13,502 nucleotides of DNA from an uncultured bacterium (GTDB lineage Bacteria; Hydrogenedentota; Hydrogenedentia; Hydrogenedentales; JAEUWI01). The translations under genes and the position numbers were made by a program. The stretch lies in the NCBI GenBank assembly GCA_963977445.1, contig CAXBPH010000194.1:1-13502 (forward strand). Direction: 5' to 3'. Below are positions 8,200-13,502 of this stretch, in pieces. The notes below the pieces were generated by a model. That model was not told where the DNA came from and ran no database searches. It worked only from the letters and a program-made list of their open reading frames with translations. Each line of letters starts with the position of its first letter. Position 1 is the stretch's first letter.

Positions 8200-8274
8200 G
8201 TTTTGTGGGACGAGTGGGACATGTGGGACCGGTGGGACGGAGGAATTGCGAATTCTGAATGGTGAATTGTGAAT
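8200..8274. repeat. Right composite inverted repeat of the four-helix-bundle cassette (GTTTT + 4 nonamers + 5 heptamers)
   Basis: GTTTT GTGGGAC GA GTGGGAC AT GTGGGAC CG GTGGGAC G GAGGAAT TGCGAAT TCTGAAT GGTGAAT TGTGAAT; reverse complement has the same module order as 7435-7491. Confidence 0.9.
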
Positions 8275-8410
8275 GAGGGGATATCGCCGTGAGGCAAGGG
8301 AAACTTCACTGTGTGGCTTGGCCCCGCGCGTTTAGGAATTACGGCTCTTCCCAAAACGATGGCGTCCGTGGCACCCGCTGGCGCTGCCTCTCACCTTCCT
8401 TCGCCAAAAC

Positions 8411-8457
8411 GTCCCACCGGTCTCACCGGTCCCACTCGTCCCACAAGGTCGCCGCAA
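8411..8457. repeat. Third nonamer array (4 x GTCYCAC-NN) plus GTCGCCGCAA tail
   Basis: GTCCCAC CG GTCTCAC CG GTCCCAC TC GTCCCAC AAGGTCGCCGCAA; inverted relative to 8205-8238 and direct relative to 7469-7500. Confidence 0.88.
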
Positions 8458-8533
8458 CGGGGAATCGTGTTTAACCCCGCGACGATGTATAATCGGACCT
8501 CCCTTGGCCCAAACCCAACAGAAACTCTATCCC

Positions 8534-8614
8534 ATGCCCGAAAGAATTCCAATAATTGGCCTGTTTGCCGGACATATTTCCCGGATGACCCATAATTCAG
8601 CTGAGTGGCCTTAA
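8534..8614 (+). pseudogene. Possible 5' remnant of a C5-cytosine DNA methyltransferase gene (MPERIPIIGLFAG…)
   Basis: ATG 8534 gives MPERIPIIGLFAGHISRMTHNSAEWP*. The first 13 residues resemble the Dcm-type N-terminus (IPxIDLFAG, motif I); GGC differs from Asp GAC by one base. TATAAT at 8488-8493 upstream. Similarity stops after 8572. Confidence 0.45.
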
Positions 8615-9511
8615 GTCTTTTCCTTTGCATACCACATTTCGGTGATAGTCTAAATACAAAGGGTGGGGTCGTCGCGCCGGGTCCTGTGGCAGCAGTGCAG
8701 TGCGATTTTCGTTGAGAAGGCCACGCAACTGGTCGGGTAATTTTTCATTGGCCGCTAGAATGCGGCCATCGCTGTCGAGCGATACGATGCCACGGTCAAA
8801 AAGCCAGTGGACCGTTCGGCACAGTGCCAGCCCATTACGGCTGGAGTCTGGTCCCTCGTTAGCAACTGGACGAATGTGAGCCGCTTCGATCTCGCATGCG
8901 CCGCCTCCATTAATGATGCACAGTCCGGTAAGCGCACAGGTAGATCCGTATAGGCCGCGAATGGTCTTTCCAAAGGCTGCATCTCTTGCTGCTCGTTCTG
9001 AGAGAATCCTTGCGCGGGGCACACCATATTCTGCCGGGTCTTCTGCAGCGATAAGCAGATTGTTTCCTTCTGTTTCCATCGGCACGGTATCGTCGAATCC
9101 CAAATATAGGATACGCTCAAAGTCCATTTTTGGTATTGTTCGAACCGCTCGACCAAACCGGCCTTTGTTCGTCGACCCGTCCTCTTTCTGTAGGGCTCGC
9201 TCGGGGTAGGTTGTTCCAGTTCGGAATGGGACCGGCCTTGGGAATTCGATATAGTCTGAAACAAACGCGTAGTAGTGGTTTTCGGTTTTTGGGTCGCGCT
9301 CAATGCTGCGTACATGGGCGGTAGCGAAATAGCATTTTCGCCCCCCGTGTCCACTTGGGCTATGACTCTCCCGGCGTGGCTCGTAGTAGAGTATCCAGTC
9401 GCCGATGGCTTCGCAGGCCTGCCTGTAATAAGTCTTCGGAAAGTGATAGCGAATTTCCGGTATGTCGTCGTATTCCGGTGAGACTTTTGTGGTGAAGATC
9501 GCGTTGGCCAA
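8597..9511 (-). CDS. HNH endonuclease (HNH_2/COG3440-type putative restriction endonuclease) with N-terminal probable PUA/EVE-like domain, 304 aa
   Basis: C-terminal CALTG…IEAAHIRPV…GPDSSRNGLALCRTVHWLFDRG…YLDYHR; N-terminal YDDIPEIRYHFP…GDWILYYEPRR…YFATAHV…F PRPVPF. TTG start with a purine-rich upstream sequence. Confidence 0.88.
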   Translation of the reverse strand: MANAIFTTKVSPEYDDIPEIRYHFPKTYYRQACEAIGDWILYYEPRRESHSPSGHGGRKCYFATAHVRSIERDPKTENHYYAFVSDYIEFPRPVPFRTGTTYPERALQKEDGSTNKGRFGRAVRTIPKMDFERILYLGFDDTVPMETEGNNLLIAAEDPAEYGVPRARILSERAARDAAFGKTIRGLYGSTCALTGLCIINGGGACEIEAAHIRPVANEGPDSSRNGLALCRTVHWLFDRGIVSLDSDGRILAANEKLPDQLRGLLNENRTALLPQDPARRPHPLYLDYHRNVVCKGKDLRPLS

Positions 9512-9715
9512 TTTCTACCCCCATTCCTAGACTAAGTAATTTAAAAGGAGACACATTCCATTGGAATTGTACTTTGAAGAAGCCGCCTTGAGAATTTTTA
9601 GTCAATAGAAAAATACGTTTGGCTCAGAAAATGCATCTCGTGTGCTGGGACAAGTATATTGTGTAGGCAGTAGATAAAAGTAGGTAGAAATTGTTGGCAC
9701 ACTTGGGAACAAACA

Positions 9716-10063
9716 ATGAACACCCGCATCGAATACATGTACCGCGACGGAGAGAACTACAAACTGTTTCACGAGGTAGTTGTGGCCGGTGTGGTGGATA
9801 TAGGCCAACTCCAACCGCACTTCTTCGAAGGTAGTTTTTTTATGCCTTCCGCCGTAGGGCTGGATGATTTGCAAGAACGACCCTATCGTGATTGCGACCA
9901 TGTGTGGCACGAATTGGAGTGCGCAGAAGCAACGGACGCCCAGCCTACCGTGTCCACGACGGCGGAGGAACTACTCGCCCGTTTTAGCGCAGTTGGCCGA
10001 GCAGGATGGAGCGCGAAGATTGTTTCCGCGCGAATGGCAGAAATTCAACGTTTCATGGTTTGA
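9716..10063 (+). CDS. Hypothetical protein, 115 aa (YMYRDGENYK … FMPSAVGL … DHVWHEL)
   Basis: Clean ORF with ATG and GGGA upstream, co-oriented 36 nt before the second HNH gene. The motif pattern resembles a recurrent uncharacterised family; no function recognised. Confidence 0.75.
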   Translation: MNTRIEYMYRDGENYKLFHEVVVAGVVDIGQLQPHFFEGSFFMPSAVGLDDLQERPYRDCDHVWHELECAEATDAQPTVSTTAEELLARFSAVGRAGWSAKIVSARMAEIQRFMV

Positions 10064-10099
10064 GGGGAGAGGGCGATATGAATTTCGAAGTGAAAATAC

Positions 10100-10879
10100 G
10101 TGAGTAGTCAGCCAGGCAAATCTTGGACACGCGACGAACTCATTCTCGCTATCAATCTTTACTGTAAAATCCCCTTTGGGACGATACACATCCGTAATCC
10201 ACAAATCATCGCCTTGGCGACGTTGTTGGAACGTACGCCGGGTTCAGTGAGTTATAAGCTGGCGAATTTGGCGTGTATTGACCCGGCGCTGGCGCGTAAG
10301 GGGGCCTCCAACGTTAGCAAATTGGACCGGGCGGTTTGGGAAGAGTTCTTCGGGGATTGGAATGGTATGGCGTTTGAGAGCGAGGTGCTCTTGGCGGAGA
10401 AAGTCCGTCATGTCGACGCCGATGTCCAGCCTGCAGTGTCGGAAGAGTTGGCCGAATACGACGTTGTACTTCTTGTGGGCCAAAATCGTGACGCGGTGGT
10501 GAAACAACGGGTCAATCAAGGCTTCTTCCGGAAGATGGTCTTGTCTTCCTACAAGAATACTTGCTGCATTACGGGCCTGGCGGTGCCCGCGTTGTTGAAC
10601 GCGAGTCACATTGTCCCGTGGGCGGCCGATGAGGCTTCGCGTACGAATCCGAAAAATGGTCTTTGCTTGAATGCCCTCCATGACCGTGCATTTGACCGGG
10701 GGTTGATTACGGTCGACGAAAAGTTTCATGTGGTGGTGTCGTCCTCGGTGATGGCGCTGAAAGGGGAGAAGGCGTCCGCCTTGCAGACCGTCCATGGTAC
10801 GCCGTTGCGGATGCCGGACCGATTTCTCCCGGACCCGGACTTTCTGCATTATCACCGTCAAACTATTTTTACAGACTGA
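10100..10879 (+). CDS. HNH endonuclease (HNH_2/COG3440-type) with N-terminal helical (WTRDELILA…RTPGSV.YKL.N) domain, 259 aa
   Basis: RVNQGFFRKMVL..Y..TCCITG…LNASHIVPW…NGLCLNALHDRAFDRGLIT…FLHYHR; GTG start. Confidence 0.9.
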   Translation: MSSQPGKSWTRDELILAINLYCKIPFGTIHIRNPQIIALATLLERTPGSVSYKLANLACIDPALARKGASNVSKLDRAVWEEFFGDWNGMAFESEVLLAEKVRHVDADVQPAVSEELAEYDVVLLVGQNRDAVVKQRVNQGFFRKMVLSSYKNTCCITGLAVPALLNASHIVPWAADEASRTNPKNGLCLNALHDRAFDRGLITVDEKFHVVVSSSVMALKGEKASALQTVHGTPLRMPDRFLPDPDFLHYHRQTIFTD

Positions 10880-10968
10880 AGCTCGGCCCGGTGCGCCTGT
10901 GCCGACGGGTCGCCCCTTATATCCCATCGTCGTCTGCATCAATACCCTACGTCATTCGCTCCCCGTCC

Positions 10969-11463
10969 CTATTCGTCGCGGATTGCGCGTAGTTGTTCGA
11001 TGAGGTGTTCTTTTTCCTGGAGGCGGAGTTTATCCACAATGTCACTGAGGTCTTCGGGGAGCATGCTTTCATTCAGTGGGTGGTAGACCTCGTCGATGGC
11101 ATTGTGGATGTTCTGGAGGAGCTCGGCGAGTTCTTCGATGTTTTCGGTGGGCTTGGGGGCCAGGGTTTCGAGGAGGTCTTCGACCACCAGGTCGGGTACG
11201 TATTTAAAGCGGCGGTGGAGGGTGCTGCCGGGCGATTCTTTGAGGAAGCGCTGGAGGTATTCGACCAGCGACATCTCGCGGCCGGCGAGGTAGGTGAGGA
11301 TGAGTCCCTGGCGCTCGTCGGGCACACAAAGGGCGAGGGCGCCGTAGTGGGCGGCGAGTCGGGCGTGGATTTCGGCGATACGCTGGACGATCTCGTAGAG
11401 ACTCTCCTGGCGGGTGCGTCGGAGGGATTTTATGGTGACTGGGCTGAGGTGCGGCGTTTTCAT
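10969..11463 (-). CDS. Hypothetical all-helical protein, probably ferritin-like fold, 164 aa
   Basis: Amphipathic helices with H..L..HY..L…ER..L.L.YLA..E pattern; ATG 11463 has an AAGGAAG SD; codon usage matches host genes. Confidence 0.7.
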   Translation of the reverse strand: MKTPHLSPVTIKSLRRTRQESLYEIVQRIAEIHARLAAHYGALALCVPDERQGLILTYLAGREMSLVEYLQRFLKESPGSTLHRRFKYVPDLVVEDLLETLAPKPTENIEELAELLQNIHNAIDEVYHPLNESMLPEDLSDIVDKLRLQEKEHLIEQLRAIRDE

Positions 11464-11580
11464 GGGGCTACTTCCTTCCATGGGGCGTTCCGGTTGACCC
11501 TGTCTTTACGGGGGACCACGATGGTCGATGGTTTCGGGTGCATAGTTTTCACACGGTATTGTGTATAGGTTTTACACGGA

Positions 11581-11651
11581 CTCACGGGGCTGTTTGGGGG
11601 GCGGACTTCGGCGGGGATGCCACCGAAGTCCGCCGTGCTTAGCGCCGTGGG
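11581..11651. repeat. GC-rich palindrome (REP-like or RNA-stabilising hairpin) downstream of the PRC-barrel gene
   Basis: Perfect 12-bp stem GGCGGACTTCGG (11600-11611)/CCGAAGTCCGCC (11623-11634) with outer arms 11581-11591/11641-11651; no U-tract on the minus strand. Confidence 0.65.
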
Positions 11652-11666
11652 GACTTTGGGCGGTGC

Positions 11667-12428
11667 TTAACGGTCCGGCTCTTTGTCGAGGGCCTTGTGG
11701 GAAAAGAGCTTCCCATGGTAGTCATAGACACACATTTCCAGCCGGCCCGCTTCGGGCGCCGTGGGGTCGTAGGTGGCCATCTGTTCGAGGGCTTCGGCGT
11801 CGAGGGCCAGGGCGAGGGTGTGGGCCGTAAAGGTGATGTCGCTTACCCGTCGTGTGGGGACCATGAGGCGCTCTTTGTGGAACCAGCCCCCCACATCGGC
11901 CACGAGGAAGGGGACCTCCCAGGTGTCGTCATAGCACATGAATTCATCGACCCGACCGACGGACTCGCCGTCGATGGTGATGGCGTAGCCAGTGAGCTCT
12001 TTCAGACTGCGTAAATTGGGGTTTGTCTCCTTAAACGGGGGCGATTCGAAGTCGGTGGAGGCCGTAGTCTCCAGGGGCATGATCCCGCCGCCGGCGAAGC
12101 CCGGTGCCCAATAGGGAGCCCAGCGATAGTGTTCATAGAGATAGTGCTCATACTGACGGGACACGGGGGCGTCGTCGATGAGGGCGGGGGCGTTCTCTAT
12201 CTGTTCCTTCGTGGCGTTGAGGGTGAGGGTGCGCGACGCGAAATCCGCCTCGGCGATACCCTGGCGGGCCATGAGGACCTTACGTCCCGGCAGCCACTTG
12301 CCCAGGTCGATTACGGCGTAACGGACCATCCAGGTCCGTTCATCGATGAGGAAGTCATTCAAATGACCGGCGTCCCCATCCAGAGCGCTAATGCGATAAT
12401 TCAGCTGTGTGTTCATGCTGCGTAACAT
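11667..12428 (-). CDS. PRC-barrel domain protein (two PRC barrels), 253 aa
   Basis: Two repeats: LRS…Y.I.A.DG..G.L.DFLIDERTW.VRY.VID.G.WL.GRKVL and LRS.KEL.GY.I..DG..VG.VDEF…W.VPFLVADVGGW; GAGGAG SD. Confidence 0.9.
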   Translation of the reverse strand: MLRSMNTQLNYRISALDGDAGHLNDFLIDERTWMVRYAVIDLGKWLPGRKVLMARQGIAEADFASRTLTLNATKEQIENAPALIDDAPVSRQYEHYLYEHYRWAPYWAPGFAGGGIMPLETTASTDFESPPFKETNPNLRSLKELTGYAITIDGESVGRVDEFMCYDDTWEVPFLVADVGGWFHKERLMVPTRRVSDITFTAHTLALALDAEALEQMATYDPTAPEAGRLEMCVYDYHGKLFSHKALDKEPDR

Positions 12429-12502
12429 GGTGAGTACTCCTCTGATGTTGCGCGGAGACTCAGGCCGCGTTCCAAACTGAGTCGTTTTGCTGCATGGGTA
12501 GA

Positions 12503-12518
12503 TGCATGAACCGTGCCA
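12503..12518 (-). promoter_or_regulatory. Sigma54 (-24/-12) promoter for the PRC-barrel gene
   Basis: Minus strand TGGCACG-GTTC-ATGCA; GG-N10-GC spacing is exact with one mismatch to TGGCACGN4TTGCW; about 75 nt upstream of ATG 12428. Confidence 0.7.
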
Positions 12519-12731
12519 GTGAACCGGTGGGTGGGCGAGGAACTTTTATTTAATGGCAACGAGGAATTTGCCCGGAAGGTCGATTGCCGCCCGGTGCCGC
12601 CCCTGCAATTCGATTAAAGCTCCTACTCCGCAATTTACGCCGGATGCACTATTCTCAATTCGAAATGCCCCGTTCCACCGCGCCTAACTGGTTGGCATAT
12701 CTGTTGATAGCCTCAATTTTCCCTCCTGCCC

Positions 12732-12761
12732 TTGATGTAAGTGGCGTGTGTGGCTTACAAT
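12732..12761 (+). promoter_or_regulatory. Putative sigma70 promoter for aceE
   Basis: TTGATG (12732-12737), 18-nt spacer, TACAAT (12756-12761), 120 nt before the GTG start. Confidence 0.35.
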
Positions 12762-12881
12762 ACCATGTCTTCCGGTGTCCACCGGCTGTTGAGTGAGAAG
12801 CATTCCCTGAATCAAAAAGTATGATAACGTTCGCGGCATGCGTGTGCGTATTCGATATCGTGGAAAGGATGAAGGTCCCTG

Positions 12882-13502
12882 GTGAATACTGAACCCGAGT
12901 CTCTTGATGAACAAGTAGCCCAGGAATGGCTTGAAGCCCTGGATGCATTGGTCGATGAATCTGGTGTACACGTCGGTCGTGAGTTGTTGGATCGAATTTC
13001 CGATCGGGCCTACGAGCGCGGTGTGCGGTTACCTTTCACGGCCAATACGCCCTATATCAACACCATTCCCGTGGATGAAGAACCCGAGTACCCGGGCGAT
13101 CGCGAACTGGAGCGGCTGAACAAGTCGACCATCCGGTGGAATGCGATGGCCATGGTGGTGCGTGCCAATCGCGAAAGCGATGGCGTGGGTGGTCACATCT
13201 CCACCTATGCGTCTTCCGCCAACCTCTATGAAGTGGGCTTCAACCACTTCTTCCACGGCAAGACCGACGAACACGGTGGCGACCAGATTTACTTCCAGGG
13301 CCATGCGTCTCCCGGTATCTATGCCCGTGCCTTCGTGGAAGGCCGTCTGAACGAAAAAGACCTGAAGAATTTCCGCCGCGAGTTGGCGAAAGGCGGCGGT
13401 CTGTCGTCCTATCCCCACCCCTGGCTCATGCCGACCTTCTGGCAGTTTCCCACCGTATCTATGGGCCTGGGCCCCATCATGGCGATCTACCAGGCGCGTT
13501 TC
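12882..13502 (+). CDS. aceE: Pyruvate dehydrogenase E1 component, homodimeric type (5' part, runs off the window; absent from the ORF track)
   Basis: Manual translation from GTG 12882 (in-frame TGA at 12870): …QEWLEALD…TPYINTIP…YPGD…[13 protein letters not shown]…[22 protein letters not shown]…[15 protein letters not shown]…[35 protein letters not shown]. Confidence 0.97.
   Translation, partial: MNTEPESLDEQVAQEWLEALDALVDESGVHVGRELLDRISDRAYERGVRLPFTANTPYINTIPVDEEPEYPGDRELERLNKSTIRWNAMAMVVRANRESDGVGGHISTYASSANLYEVGFNHFFHGKTDEHGGDQIYFQGHASPGIYARAFVEGRLNEKDLKNFRRELAKGGGLSSYPHPWLMPTFWQFPTVSMGLGPIMAIYQARF

Noticed and set aside
7425..8290. Target-site duplication around the four-helix cassette
   Set aside because: ATCGC occurs on both sides but abuts only the left arm (8 nt away on the right), so it is not a clean TSD; no transposase is present either.
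7590..8354. 254-aa minus-strand ORF with SHxSHx repeats
   Set aside because: Antisense to the four-helix gene; the repeats are translations of the 9-bp and 7-bp DNA arrays.
9509..9693. Cas12a-like repeat (AATTTCTAC)
   Set aside because: Two inverted copies only, without the TCTAC-loop-GTAGA stem, regular spacing or a cas gene.
9694..9710. Sigma54 site at TTGGCACACTTGGGAAC
   Set aside because: Has TGGCAC but lacks the GC at the -12 position.
13029..13418. 129-aa minus-strand ORF and other short ORFs at 12584-13350
   Set aside because: Antisense or out-of-frame shadows of aceE, or within the divergent promoter region.

Overview
GC-rich bacterial chromosomal window. Left half: secreted carbohydrate/periplasmic enzymes (SGNH hydrolase, PQQ glucose-dehydrogenase-like protein with an embedded c-type cytochrome, BNR/sialidase-like protein, convergent beta-propeller glycosidase-like protein). 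Middle: a four-helix-bundle (IVS/Avd-like) gene enclosed by composite inverted repeats made of 7-bp and 9-bp tandem units, then a possible 5' remnant of a C5-cytosine methyltransferase and a divergent defence-like islet of two HNH endonucleases plus a small conserved unknown protein. Right: ferritin-like hypothetical, a double PRC-barrel gene with a sigma54-type promoter, and the 5' part of aceE. The intergenic DNA is rich in long nested hairpins (51-517, 3900-4424, 8200-8450). The most intriguing signal is the repeat-bracketed four-helix-bundle cassette and a gene-less cassette bounded by the same heptamer family. All calls come from reading the sequence; no searches or folding programs were run.
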